From Candidatus Taenariivivens baikalensis (GTDB taxonomy: Bacteria; Omnitrophota; Omnitrophia; Omnitrophales; Aquincolibacteriaceae): a DNA stretch of 64,000 bases. The notes beneath the pieces are model-generated. The model saw only the letters and a program-made list of their open reading frames with translations. It did no database searches and had not been told where the DNA came from. Location: positions 1,738-65,737 of the forward strand of contig SICL01000001.1 of NCBI GenBank assembly GCA_009691445.1. Reading direction: 5' to 3'. The translations under genes and the position numbers were made by a program. This document shows positions 29,735 through 38,995 of the stretch, piece by piece (within the stretch, counting starts at the first letter, position 1; each line of letters opens with the position of its first letter).

Positions 29735-30292
29735 CTATTTCGAAAGCGACTCGTGCAGTTTGATGGCGATGGTATTAATGCAGTATCGTTTTCCGGTGGG
29801 AGGAGGACCATCATCAAAAATGTGACCGAGATGTGAGCCGCAGCGGGCGCAGGATACTTCCGTACGTTTCATTCCGAAGCTAGGATCTTCGATAAGTTTC
29901 ACATTCAAAGGAGAGACCGGATCCCAAAAGCTCGGCCAGCCCGTGCCGGACTCGAATTTTTTCTTGTAGGTGAATAAATCCGTGCCGCAGGCCGCACATT
30001 GATAAACTCCTTTGCCCGATCTTGGAATTGCGCACTGCCCTCCGAAAGCCGCCTCGGTTCCGTGACCGCGCATGATTTTAAACTGCTCGGGAGTTAAGCG
30101 TTTTTTCCATTCCCCTTCCGAACGAACCACGGGGTCAACGTTTTCCGTCTTATCCGTTGCAACATTATAAATTGGAATCATATTTAACAATGGTTTGTTG
30201 GCCCCTAAAAAGATAATGCTTAGAAATAAAAAAAATGGAATTACCGCTGCCGATTTTGTCATTAACGGGCATTTTATGCGAGGATAAATCAC
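29735..30292 (-). CDS. msrB: peptide methionine sulfoxide reductase MsrB with an N-terminal signal/anchor
   Basis: Two CxxC pairs (CAACGTDLF, CARCGSHLGHIFDDGP) plus SelR domain; hydrophobic N-terminus. Confidence 0.88.
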   Translation of the reverse strand: MIYPRIKCPLMTKSAAVIPFFLFLSIIFLGANKPLLNMIPIYNVATDKTENVDPVVRSEGEWKKRLTPEQFKIMRGHGTEAAFGGQCAIPRSGKGVYQCAACGTDLFTYKKKFESGTGWPSFWDPVSPLNVKLIEDPSFGMKRTEVSCARCGSHLGHIFDDGPPPTGKRYCINTIAIKLHESLSK

Positions 30293-30312
30293 CTGTCACG
30301 AAAAGTTTTAGA

Positions 30313-30660
30313 CTAGTGCTTTAAGTGCCAGGCATTTTTAATCAGCCACAGGCGAACTGAATCCCGCTGGTCACCCTGGAGCTCTATTTTTCCGTCGCGG
30401 ATGGTGCCGCCGGTTCCGCAGACAGTTTTTAATTTTTTGGCGAGATCTTCACGGGCCGCGATTGAGAGCACGAGACCGGCGATGATCGTGACCATTTTCC
30501 CCGAGGAGCGGTGTTCGATGGCCATCACAATATTTTGTTTATCGGGAGTAAGAGATCCTGTCGGAATAGAAGAAGAAGCCGCAGAAGAGGCTTTGTGAGC
30601 TGCGGGTTCAAAGCTCCAGCCGTCCCCTTGCAACGTGCGTGTTTTCATAATTGATGACAA
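30313..30660 (-). CDS. yciH: translation initiation factor SUI1/YciH family
   Basis: KTVCGTGGTIRDGKIELQGDQRD matches the SUI1 fold signature. Confidence 0.8.
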   Translation of the reverse strand: MSSIMKTRTLQGDGWSFEPAAHKASSAASSSIPTGSLTPDKQNIVMAIEHRSSGKMVTIIAGLVLSIAAREDLAKKLKTVCGTGGTIRDGKIELQGDQRDSVRLWLIKNAWHLKH

Positions 30661-30696
30661 TATCTCAACGGCTCGTGGAGCCTGGCCCTTAAGATT

Positions 30697-32043
30697 TTAA
30701 TCCACCTCGTTGATGGAAACAATGCGGTCGAAAAGTGAACCCAGATACGACTGGCCATTCAAAGTTAAATCGGTGACCACCACTTGATTAATTCGGTTCT
30801 TTTCATCGGAAGACATTGAAATTCTTTCGGCCCAGGTGCAGTGAATCGCATAAAATTGTTCGTTCACCTCTCCAATATAGAGCATCAGATGATGATGCAT
30901 CGCCATAATCGTGATCCCCGGGCGCGCCTGGTGAAGAATATCTTCTTTCGCTTCCTTATCCTTAAAAGGATGATAAAAACCGAGCTTAGTGCCGACAAAA
31001 GCTTGATCCAGGGAACCTCGCGGCATATCCACTCCAAGACTGAGGAAAACATCGTGCGTAAATCCCGAGCAGTCGCGCCCGCCATACATTCCACCCCATC
31101 CGTACCGCGCTCCCCGAAGCTTGAACGCCTGGCGGATCATATTGGCTTGGGAATAAGGCAAATAACCGGAACTCACATCGCTTTCTTTGGAGATATACGC
31201 ATAGATCACCGCATCATTCTTTTCTGATTTTACCGGGACACGGACCACATATAAATTGCCCCGGGTACTCACAAGCGGAAAAATAGTCCCCATACTGGCT
31301 CGAATCTTAAGTTCGCTGCTTAACTCAATCGAGCGGTAGACAGGAATACTATTACCGGTCGTCACCAGAAACTTTGAAGAATGGACAAAGGTCTTCAGTT
31401 TTTGCGTGCCAGAGAAATAGGCAATATCTTTGGTTTTAACCCATCCTCGAGCGTAAGGAGCTTGAACGTATAGCCACTTATCGTCGCTGGAGTGGTGCAG
31501 AATCGCCACCGGTGTCCAGGGCTTAATCAAAGTAAATTGAAACTGATCGAACTCAATGTCATAAGGTTTTTCGAGGACTTTAGTATCCGTGGGTACAGCC
31601 CGAACCGAAGTCGAGCGGATTACCGCTCCCCATTTCACTTTAATTTGTGATGGAATTGTCTCCCAGTCGACGATCGGTTTAATTTGCTCTTCAAAAAAAG
31701 AAACAGGCACATCTTTATTATCCACGTCGTAAAGTTTACGGGCTTTTAACGCGTAATAGACATGCGACAAATCAGCCCTTACTTCTTTTCCCGCCCTGGT
31801 TCCTGCCATTTTTAAGACATCGACCCGTTCACGTATCAGCGAATCGATATAGTCATTAAATGCGTCCATTTCCGCTGAGGTTTTAACCGGGACTTCAGCA
31901 TTAGGAATGCGTTTGATCCAATACTCTGGATCAAGTTGCTCCTGGGTTGTGGAGGTCAGCATCAAATTCTGGGGGACTTTGGGAAGCACTTCCGCGAAGG
32001 CGGTGAGGTTGGTGATACTAAGCAGGCCTAACAGAACCGTCAT
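30697..32043 (-). CDS. NlpC/P60 family cell-wall peptidase with N-terminal SH3-like domains and a signal peptide; start moved to ATG 32043 (upstream extension is repeat-encoded)
   Basis: C-terminal GRDCSGFTHDVF catalytic Cys motif; signal peptide MTVLLGLLSITNLTAFA. Confidence 0.8.
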   Translation of the reverse strand: MTVLLGLLSITNLTAFAEVLPKVPQNLMLTSTTQEQLDPEYWIKRIPNAEVPVKTSAEMDAFNDYIDSLIRERVDVLKMAGTRAGKEVRADLSHVYYALKARKLYDVDNKDVPVSFFEEQIKPIVDWETIPSQIKVKWGAVIRSTSVRAVPTDTKVLEKPYDIEFDQFQFTLIKPWTPVAILHHSSDDKWLYVQAPYARGWVKTKDIAYFSGTQKLKTFVHSSKFLVTTGNSIPVYRSIELSSELKIRASMGTIFPLVSTRGNLYVVRVPVKSEKNDAVIYAYISKESDVSSGYLPYSQANMIRQAFKLRGARYGWGGMYGGRDCSGFTHDVFLSLGVDMPRGSLDQAFVGTKLGFYHPFKDKEAKEDILHQARPGITIMAMHHHLMLYIGEVNEQFYAIHCTWAERISMSSDEKNRINQVVVTDLTLNGQSYLGSLFDRIVSINEVD

Positions 32044-32108
32044 CGCGAGTCCCGCCCGTAGGGGGACGTGGGGATCTCTGAGATTGCTTCGCTTCCCTTG
32101 CAATGATA
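32041..32108. repeat. dispersed hairpin repeat copy G (at the 5' end of the NlpC/P60 gene, supplying the ATG)
   Basis: CATCGCGAGTCCCGCCCGTAGGGGGACGTGGGGATCTCTGAGATTGCTTCGCTTCCCTTGCAATGA. Confidence 0.8.
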
Positions 32109-32141
32109 TGGCTTTATAGTGACTATTATTTTTTAGAGATT

Positions 32142-33395
32142 TCATACGGCCATCCGAAAGAAGAAAAACCAAATCAAAGCAAAAATCGGGATAAGAATCG
32201 GGAGACTATAGTTGAAAAAGTAAGCCATAAAACTTGGCGTTTTCGCGTTATATTGCTCCGCAATGGATTTAACCAAAAAGTTGGGACCATTCCCAATATA
32301 AGTTACGGCTCCGAAAAAGACAGATCCAACACTGATCGCTTTGATGTAAATCGGATGGGTCTCGAGTAAGAAATGAGTCGTCCCTGCAAAAAGCCCCATT
32401 TGGGCGCTTAAAAAACTGAGGTAGGTGGGCGCGTTATCCAAAACACTTGAAAGCATGCCACTTGCCCAATAAAACTGCCCGGGAGTATTGACCCCTAATT
32501 GATTGGCATATTTTTCTAACCATGCGAGAGCCGGAATCATCGTTGTGAAAATGCCAAGAAAAAGAATAGCGACTTCCTTGATTGGCCCAAAGTTAAAGTC
32601 GTTACTTTCATGGACTGATTTGGAAGTTGTTTTATAGGATAAAACGGCTGCCAAGATCATCACCGCTTCCCGTAAGAAAGGCGGATGGTGAATAAAAACA
32701 GACCCCACGATCATCAGGAGAAAAAAAATATTATGCGCGCCGAGAAATTTCCACTCCTCCCCTTTACTTGTCTCCTTTTGGCGAATCGCAGCCGGTGCCT
32801 TTTTGAAGTTCTGAACATCCACCGTATAAAAGAGAATCAATAGTAGGGTGATTGCAAGAATCCAGATTGGCCAAACTTGCTTCAAAACCCAGAAAAAAGG
32901 CACCCCTTTTAAATACCCGAGAAAAAGCGGCGGATCTCCGATGGGCGTTAATCCTCCGCCCACATTGCTGATGATAAAAATAAAAAAAACAATGTGATAT
33001 GCCGTCAGTCGGTACTTATTCATTCGGATCCAGGGACGGATAAAAATCATGGAAGCCCCGGTCGTCCCTATCAGATTTGCAAAGACCGCTCCAATAAAAA
33101 GAAATAAGCAATTGGCGACAGGTGTTGATTCTCCTTTAACATTAATATGAATCCCGCCGGCCACCACGTAAAGTGAACCAATTAAGGCGATGAAGCTTAT
33201 ATATTCGAAAGCGGTATGAATCAGGCTGGCGCTGTCCTTGAGAACCAAAAAGTACCGGACGATTACGACAAGACTTAAGAGAGCGCAAAGGAGTGGAAAG
33301 TTTTTCTCCCACCAGTGCTTTTGAATAAGCGGAAGAATCGCGATTGAGGCGAGCACTGCAATGAAGGGTAGCACCCAGATTAGTTCATGATACAT
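32142..33395 (-). CDS. ArsB/NhaD-superfamily permease (putative Na+/H+ antiporter-like)
   Basis: Polytopic membrane protein of about 12 TM with a GDPPLFLGY motif. Confidence 0.65.
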   Translation of the reverse strand: MYHELIWVLPFIAVLASIAILPLIQKHWWEKNFPLLCALLSLVVIVRYFLVLKDSASLIHTAFEYISFIALIGSLYVVAGGIHINVKGESTPVANCLFLFIGAVFANLIGTTGASMIFIRPWIRMNKYRLTAYHIVFFIFIISNVGGGLTPIGDPPLFLGYLKGVPFFWVLKQVWPIWILAITLLLILFYTVDVQNFKKAPAAIRQKETSKGEEWKFLGAHNIFFLLMIVGSVFIHHPPFLREAVMILAAVLSYKTTSKSVHESNDFNFGPIKEVAILFLGIFTTMIPALAWLEKYANQLGVNTPGQFYWASGMLSSVLDNAPTYLSFLSAQMGLFAGTTHFLLETHPIYIKAISVGSVFFGAVTYIGNGPNFLVKSIAEQYNAKTPSFMAYFFNYSLPILIPIFALIWFFFFRMAV

Positions 33396-33558
33396 AAAAA
33401 GTGGTGTATTTTAAACAATCAGAAAAAGACTGTCTAGGAATATATCCGTTCTACCCTTGGAGAGCGCGCATTGTCCCATCGAGGCTTATAGGGCCGAATT
33501 TTTTTGCGGGTGATTCTAAAGATTTTTTTCTGAGTCTATAAGGGCCATGTGTCTACTT

Positions 33559-33924
33559 TTAGTGAACAAAAACACGATCCAAGATATGGGTCTTGAGCTG
33601 TTGAAGGCTTATGGGTTTAGCCAGATAATCATAAGCGCCTAGGCGAATAGCCTCTTTGGCGCGTCCCTCTTCCTGATTGCCACTCAGAATTACGACAACA
33701 GTATCCGGAGAAACTTGCCTGGATTTTTTAAGGACATCCAAACCGGACATCTTGATCAGGCGAAGATCAAGAAGCATCAAAGACGGATGATCGCGCTCCA
33801 AAATTTCTAATGCACGAGGTCCATCGCCGGATTCATAAACAAGATATCCCTGCTCGGCGAGATAATCGACAATAATATTGCGAATTGCGTCATCGTCATC
33901 GACAACAAGAACTGATTTATCCAT
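33559..33924 (-). CDS. single-domain response regulator (CheY-like receiver)
   Basis: VLVVDDD...D phospho-acceptor pattern and conserved K in DYLAKP. Confidence 0.85.
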   Translation of the reverse strand: MDKSVLVVDDDDAIRNIIVDYLAEQGYLVYESGDGPRALEILERDHPSLMLLDLRLIKMSGLDVLKKSRQVSPDTVVVILSGNQEEGRAKEAIRLGAYDYLAKPISLQQLKTHILDRVFVH

Positions 33925-33938
33925 AGATCAATGAGTGT

Positions 33939-34151
33939 TTAGCGCACTCGGCGGTAAGGGTAGTGGTCTTTAATCCATTCTTCGAAATATTTCCCGTGAG
34001 AACGGGCATTTAAAAAAGCCTTGTAAACAGACTCGGGAACCTCGTCATACTGGTAAATTTTCCCCTCAATAAACTCCACTTGCAGCATCGTCCTCTTATA
34101 GTCATACCCGATCCATTCGATTTCCGTGGAAATGACCATTTGATTAATCAT
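33939..34151 (-). CDS. KTSC domain protein
   Basis: FIEGKIYQYDEVPESVYKAF matches KTSC. Confidence 0.7.
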   Translation of the reverse strand: MINQMVISTEIEWIGYDYKRTMLQVEFIEGKIYQYDEVPESVYKAFLNARSHGKYFEEWIKDHYPYRRVR

Positions 34152-34217
34152 CTGCGCTCTCCTTTGTTGTGCCTGTATCGGTCATTGAGGAGAAAACTAA
34201 AGATGGAAGAAGATTTG

Positions 34218-34949
34218 TTAGGGTTTTGCCAGCCATGATAACAGCTGAGAAATGAACTGAACGTATAGATTGCCAACCTGAATTTCAATTTTTTCCTGGA
34301 TTTTTATTCTCTTAACACGAGTTCCCCAGTCGATAAAGCCAGCAGACCAGTGAGGTGCAAAGTCCGTCATGAAGGCCGCAATCCTGGGGTGAAAGGTTCC
34401 CCCCACAGCCAGAAGCGGCGTGACCGCAGAATTTAAAAAGACATTTCCATTTCTATAATTGATTGCTTTTGCATTTAAAAGAACTTGGGCGTGAGATTTC
34501 AGCCGGACTTGGTTGACCCCACAAATTGCTGCCGGTTTTGCGAATGAAATGCCCTTTAATATTTTATGGGAAGTCGCAGGGAGAACAAGAGCTCCGCCCG
34601 GAAAGTTTTGGCGGTCGTCACGATTCAGACAGGTGACCGGTAATAGACTCTCGATCGCAGAATTATGCCAGCCGCCAAAGGGGCCCGCGAAAGAACCCCA
34701 ACCTCCCACCATCAGGAAACCAGCCCCTTGTGCGACCTTTTTAATGAGAATCTGCTCGGAAGGTTTTAAGAAATCACGATAAGAGAAATCACTAAAAATA
34801 TAAAGATCAAAATCAGACCGTAAAAGGTCTGGAGTGAGCTGATTCCCAGGCGGTAAATGCGTCACTTCTGCTTTTAAGTGTTTGAGGATCCCTAGCAGAT
34901 ACCGCGCTGGGCCATCCGCTGGACTGTCGCCAGCATAAAAAACTCTCAT
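34218..34949 (-). CDS. class I glutamine-amidotransferase-like domain protein of unknown function
   Basis: FLMVGGWGSFAG-type flavodoxin-like core; no catalytic triad recognised. Confidence 0.5.
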   Translation of the reverse strand: MRVFYAGDSPADGPARYLLGILKHLKAEVTHLPPGNQLTPDLLRSDFDLYIFSDFSYRDFLKPSEQILIKKVAQGAGFLMVGGWGSFAGPFGGWHNSAIESLLPVTCLNRDDRQNFPGGALVLPATSHKILKGISFAKPAAICGVNQVRLKSHAQVLLNAKAINYRNGNVFLNSAVTPLLAVGGTFHPRIAAFMTDFAPHWSAGFIDWGTRVKRIKIQEKIEIQVGNLYVQFISQLLSWLAKP

Positions 34950-35302
34950 GAGTCTTTTTCCCTCTTGGGCGGCAAATTCTTATTTTTCTTATCGTGACAG
35001 AAATGGCAGGAACATAGTTGACGCAGATAATCAAAACTGTAGATGCCGGTCTGATGACCATCACTCCAGCTTATTTTAACCGCATATCGTCCTACAGGAT
35101 TCCACAGTTTGAGAGATAATGACGCTGGGATTTTTTCAGCCTGGATGGTTCTTTTGCCGCTCCACTCATCCACACACTGTGCACACGGACAGAAAAGACG
35201 CAGAGTACGTGGATCAAATAAACTCCGGTGATCATCCTCCCAGGTGATAAGAATCTCTTGGGAATCAAGGACTCGGAAATCTAAAAGACAAAAGCTCATC
35301 AT
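34946..35302 (-). CDS. DUF971 (gamma-butyrobetaine hydroxylase-like N-terminal) domain protein
   Basis: FCPCAQC plus CSCHFCH cysteine pattern typical of DUF971. Confidence 0.7.
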   Translation of the reverse strand: MMSFCLLDFRVLDSQEILITWEDDHRSLFDPRTLRLFCPCAQCVDEWSGKRTIQAEKIPASLSLKLWNPVGRYAVKISWSDGHQTGIYSFDYLRQLCSCHFCHDKKNKNLPPKREKDS

Positions 35303-35308
35303 CAGCCA

Positions 35309-35698
35309 TTAGGATTTAGCAGGGGCATGACACTGGGATTTTCCAGATAGCTGCATCACACCACATTCTTTAACTGAAATATCTTTACCGGCCTGCCCAG
35401 GAACCCAGAAGGTCACAATATCCCACGCTCCCAAAATGGCGAATTTTACAGTGTCCACAAGGCCTTGTCCTAACCCCTTCACGACACAACAGCTATCCTT
35501 AGACGCATGGATCGGAGCCGCAATAATATGCGCAGGGCTGCTCGCAAGATTGACTACCCCGTGAAGAAGCCTCCAGGAAGCTCTTTCAACATAGTTATCA
35601 CTGGTAATCTTGCCCATGGGATCGGTCCCTGCAAAAGCCGAGGATTGAAAAACCATAACCGTAAGCAGAACTAAAGCAATGCGATGGAGTTTATTCAT
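35309..35698 (-). CDS. small secreted protein resembling the exosortase-system-associated family
   Basis: Signal peptide; RLLHGVVNLASSPAHI core resembles that family; recognition is from memory only. Confidence 0.45.
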   Translation of the reverse strand: MNKLHRIALVLLTVMVFQSSAFAGTDPMGKITSDNYVERASWRLLHGVVNLASSPAHIIAAPIHASKDSCCVVKGLGQGLVDTVKFAILGAWDIVTFWVPGQAGKDISVKECGVMQLSGKSQCHAPAKS

Positions 35699-35713
35699 AT
35701 CATTTCCTTTCGG

Positions 35714-35926
35714 TTATAAACGTGGCATACGACGTGCATCTTCTAGCAGTGATTCGATCTCATGGTCGCGAGCCCCGAATTCGTAAGCAATTTGAATGAA
35801 AAGCGAGCAGTCTTCAAATTTCTCTTGGAGCAGCGCTTCCCTCAGATAAATCAAAGCGGTAAACTTCACAGGGTGTTTAGTTCCCTCAATGACTTTAACC
35901 TTTTTTTCCGTAATAATGTTTCCCAT
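35714..35926 (-). CDS. hypothetical 70-aa protein, first gene of the operon
   Basis: AGGTGG SD 5 nt upstream of the ATG. Confidence 0.5.
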   Translation of the reverse strand: MGNIITEKKVKVIEGTKHPVKFTALIYLREALLQEKFEDCSLFIQIAYEFGARDHEIESLLEDARRMPRL

Positions 35927-36226
35927 AAGCCACCTAAAAAATTAAAACCCACGGTTACCCACGGGTTTTGCGCTCGATTATTTGTAAAGACAGTCGACTG
36001 AACTAGCTCACAAAGCCCACCTTACTTACGCACATAAGGCATCGGCTGCGAATGCCAAAACCCTTAGCCATTACTGGGGGCTGATGATGCTGAGCGCCGT
36101 TGAGTACGCTACTTCTGAGGTCATTGTTCACGTTGACGTGTAACAAAGCTCCCCTTGCTGTCTGTGTTTTCTGGTGTGGCTTTCTAGGTTTTGAGCCTAC
36201 TCATGTTTGAATTTTTATGATAAACT

Positions 36227-37369
36227 TTGATCGTGAAGCAATTACATCGTTTTTTTCTCATCTTTTTCTTATGTTTTTTGATACCTCTACCCGCTCAGAG
36301 CGCCCTTGATACAAGAATTTCCATGCCAGAATTCGACCCCGCTCTTCAATGGATTCATAGCGTACCAGCCACCCGTAAGATTCTTGCCGGGAAAGTCACT
36401 TTGATTTATTTTTGGAGTTTCTCTAATTATGAAAGCCTTAACAATCTTGTGTTTTTGAACCAGCTTTACGCGGTTTATCGTCCCTATGGACTTGTGGTGA
36501 TTACAATTCATGTTCCCCACTTTGAATTTGAAAAGTCCTCGGATACTATTTCTGCTTTTTCTGAACTCTTCGATTTGGATTTTCCCATTCTTTTGGATAA
36601 TCAGGGGGGGATGAAGGCCCTCTATCAAGCCTTCCGGATTCCTTCATTTTATTTGATTAATGCCCAGGGAAAAATCCGAAAAACTTTTTTCGATAATTAT
36701 ACCCATGAAGCGATTTCTCGTTCGGTCTCCGGGCTCATGCGGGATAATCCCAAGATTATTCTCCCCACAGTCACAGATGCTATTTCTAAACTTTCGGTGA
36801 CGCCGTCCATGTTTCTTGAGATCCCACTGGGTTATCAGGGATTATCCCATTTTGGAAATCTGGAAAAAATTCGTACTCAAATGGACCAGAAATTCGCGTA
36901 TCCGGAATATCTCGAAGGAGATCAGTTTTACCTTCAGGGAGAATGGCGTTTTGAAGCGGATTCCTTGAGGGCCCTTGGAAAGTATTCTTCGCTTAAAATT
37001 CGTACCACTTTCAAAACCCTAAGCCTGATGGCTAATCGTTCTGAAAATCAAATCCTAAAAGCGGTGATTACACTCAACGGAGTTCCGTTATCAAACGATG
37101 TTCTGGGTCAAGATACCTTCTTTGATGGCACGGAGACTATCGCTAAAATCAGCGAGCCGCGGCATCATCATTTTCTGAACCTGCAAGACAAACCCGATCA
37201 TCCTCAGCTCTGGGAAATTACCTTTGAGGGGCCGGCTGATCTTTACGTCATAAGCCTGAGTGATATGCCTTTTCAGTTAACTCAGAAAAAATTGGATGTG
37301 GATAAAAAGGCAGCTGCGATTGCAAGGCCCGATGAGAAAGTCCGTCTTAAAACGACGATTCAAGAATAG
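36227..37369 (+). CDS. secreted protein with a TlpA-like thioredoxin fold lacking the CxxC cysteines, plus an unknown C-terminal domain
   Basis: LIYFWSFSNYES aligns with FWASWCxPC of TlpA/ResA, with both Cys replaced. Confidence 0.6.
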   Translation: MIVKQLHRFFLIFFLCFLIPLPAQSALDTRISMPEFDPALQWIHSVPATRKILAGKVTLIYFWSFSNYESLNNLVFLNQLYAVYRPYGLVVITIHVPHFEFEKSSDTISAFSELFDLDFPILLDNQGGMKALYQAFRIPSFYLINAQGKIRKTFFDNYTHEAISRSVSGLMRDNPKIILPTVTDAISKLSVTPSMFLEIPLGYQGLSHFGNLEKIRTQMDQKFAYPEYLEGDQFYLQGEWRFEADSLRALGKYSSLKIRTTFKTLSLMANRSENQILKAVITLNGVPLSNDVLGQDTFFDGTETIAKISEPRHHHFLNLQDKPDHPQLWEITFEGPADLYVISLSDMPFQLTQKKLDVDKKAAAIARPDEKVRLKTTIQE

Positions 37370-37370
37370 C

Positions 37371-38165
37371 TTATCGATCAATTAACTCTTTAAATTCCGC
37401 CCACGGAAAGTTATTTCCCGGACATTCCGTATTTTTACCGGGGACATCGCCATGGCGAATTACATTGATAAATGGAATTTTGTAATATTGTTGCAAGGTT
37501 TTCACCAAAAAGACTAAGGCGTTTAATTCTGCTCGGCTCACTCGACGTTCACTAAAATTCCCTACCAGCGAAATTCCAATACCATGTTCGTTCATGCCCG
37601 CTGCATTGGCATGAGCCCCCTGCATTTGTTTTACCCAGCGCGGCCCCACCTCAATCTGCCCGTCTTCCTTCCCATCCGTTCCATTATTGATCAAAAAATG
37701 ATATCCGAGACCATTCCAAAATCCGCGTCGGTGATGAATCTGATCAATGGTAAACGCGTTCCCCTCATGCGTGGCCGTATGGTGGATCACAATATGCGTC
37801 CAGCGACTGTTGGGGTAAAGCGGGATAATGGGTTTTGCGCCTTGAACATTGGGGATTGTTAATTTTTGGCCGGATTTAATCTTAGTTGGATCATCAAGGT
37901 GGTTGACCGACATCAAGGTCTGCATATCCACATCATAGGTTTTACTGATACGCCATAAGGTCTCCGACGGCCCGACCACGTGATAAACATTATGGAGAGC
38001 CGCTGAATTCGATTGCCCGTAGACAGTCACGGGTACCGTGGAAGGAATGCGCACGGCTGCACGGTGCGGAGTGCTGGAGCAACCATAGAGAATGATGCCG
38101 GATATCATTCCGCTCAAACAGAGTGTCCAAGCTCGATCCGTTTTTAGAATCCGTAAAGTTTTCAT
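37371..38165 (-). CDS. N-acetylmuramoyl-L-alanine amidase (amidase_2/PGRP) with an N-terminal LysM domain
   Basis: LysM (YHVVGPSETLWRISKTYDVD) followed by an amidase_2 core (HHTATHEGN ... ECPGNNFP). Confidence 0.85.
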   Translation of the reverse strand: MKTLRILKTDRAWTLCLSGMISGIILYGCSSTPHRAAVRIPSTVPVTVYGQSNSAALHNVYHVVGPSETLWRISKTYDVDMQTLMSVNHLDDPTKIKSGQKLTIPNVQGAKPIIPLYPNSRWTHIVIHHTATHEGNAFTIDQIHHRRGFWNGLGYHFLINNGTDGKEDGQIEVGPRWVKQMQGAHANAAGMNEHGIGISLVGNFSERRVSRAELNALVFLVKTLQQYYKIPFINVIRHGDVPGKNTECPGNNFPWAEFKELIDR

Positions 38166-38233
38166 AAAATGCTATCCATGGAGCTCCCTATTATCTACAA
38201 AAGACGTCAAAGATCAAACGGATTCCCATTTTC

Positions 38234-38995
38234 TTATTTTCCAACAATGACTTTTGGAGGAGGTGGCCCTTCTAGCTTTTTCAACGCTTCGGCAATATCC
38301 TCGTTGGTAACCCTTTCCACAGGTTTTTGATAAACATTTGGGTGCGAATCCATGGGGACTTTGGGAGGGGCACTCAAAACAGGTTGATCCTTCCGCTGCC
38401 CAGCAATGAAGGCATCAAGCCATGATTTGTTATAACCCTCTCTGAATTCTTTTTGTTGAACTTTGACTCTTCGGATTTTTTTATCATAGATTTCCCCGGC
38501 ACGATCCATCGCATTCTTAAGTTCTTGAATCTGGATCTGATAGCGCCGCCGGGCTTGTTCTTCCAACGCTCCTTCGAGGCTCGCAGCTTCAACCCCGTGA
38601 ACTTCCCTCAGCTTCTCTGGCGATGTCCATAGGTAGGAAAAGTACTCCCGCTCCGCAAACAGATCTGATTCTGCAATCAAATCCTCAAAAATAATAAATC
38701 CATGATCATCTAAAAAACGCAGTTCGGCCAGATGGTTTTTCCCAAACACTGTATTCAATTTGGAATCCAGAACAACAAATTTATACATAAATTCTTCCAG
38801 GTGCGTTTCATTTTTATCGGGATCGGTGTAATGAATCTGGTCCCCTGTTAAACGGTACAAGAGACGGACGTTTTCGGATTCAAAAATCCTGATCGGATTG
38901 GGGGCGGAGGGGGCCTCTTCAGCGCCGGCAAAAGACAGAGCCTGAAAACAGGCGGTGAAAATAAAAAAAAACTGCCGAAGGCGCACCCGAATCAC
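38234..38995 (-). CDS. secreted hypothetical protein
   Basis: Signal peptide; no recognised domain. Confidence 0.5.
   Translation of the reverse strand: MIRVRLRQFFFIFTACFQALSFAGAEEAPSAPNPIRIFESENVRLLYRLTGDQIHYTDPDKNETHLEEFMYKFVVLDSKLNTVFGKNHLAELRFLDDHGFIIFEDLIAESDLFAEREYFSYLWTSPEKLREVHGVEAASLEGALEEQARRRYQIQIQELKNAMDRAGEIYDKKIRRVKVQQKEFREGYNKSWLDAFIAGQRKDQPVLSAPPKVPMDSHPNVYQKPVERVTNEDIAEALKKLEGPPPPKVIVGK

Noticed and set aside
5601-32108. Possibility that the dispersed repeats are a CRISPR array
   Set aside because: Copies are tens of kb apart, not regularly spaced, of variable length and located inside genes; no cas genes in the window.
35927-36226. Structured ncRNA (6S, SRP, tmRNA or RNase P) in the 300-bp intergenic gap
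   Set aside because: None of the hallmark conserved motifs of those RNAs is present. Kept only as an unassigned leader or hairpin in the operon finding.
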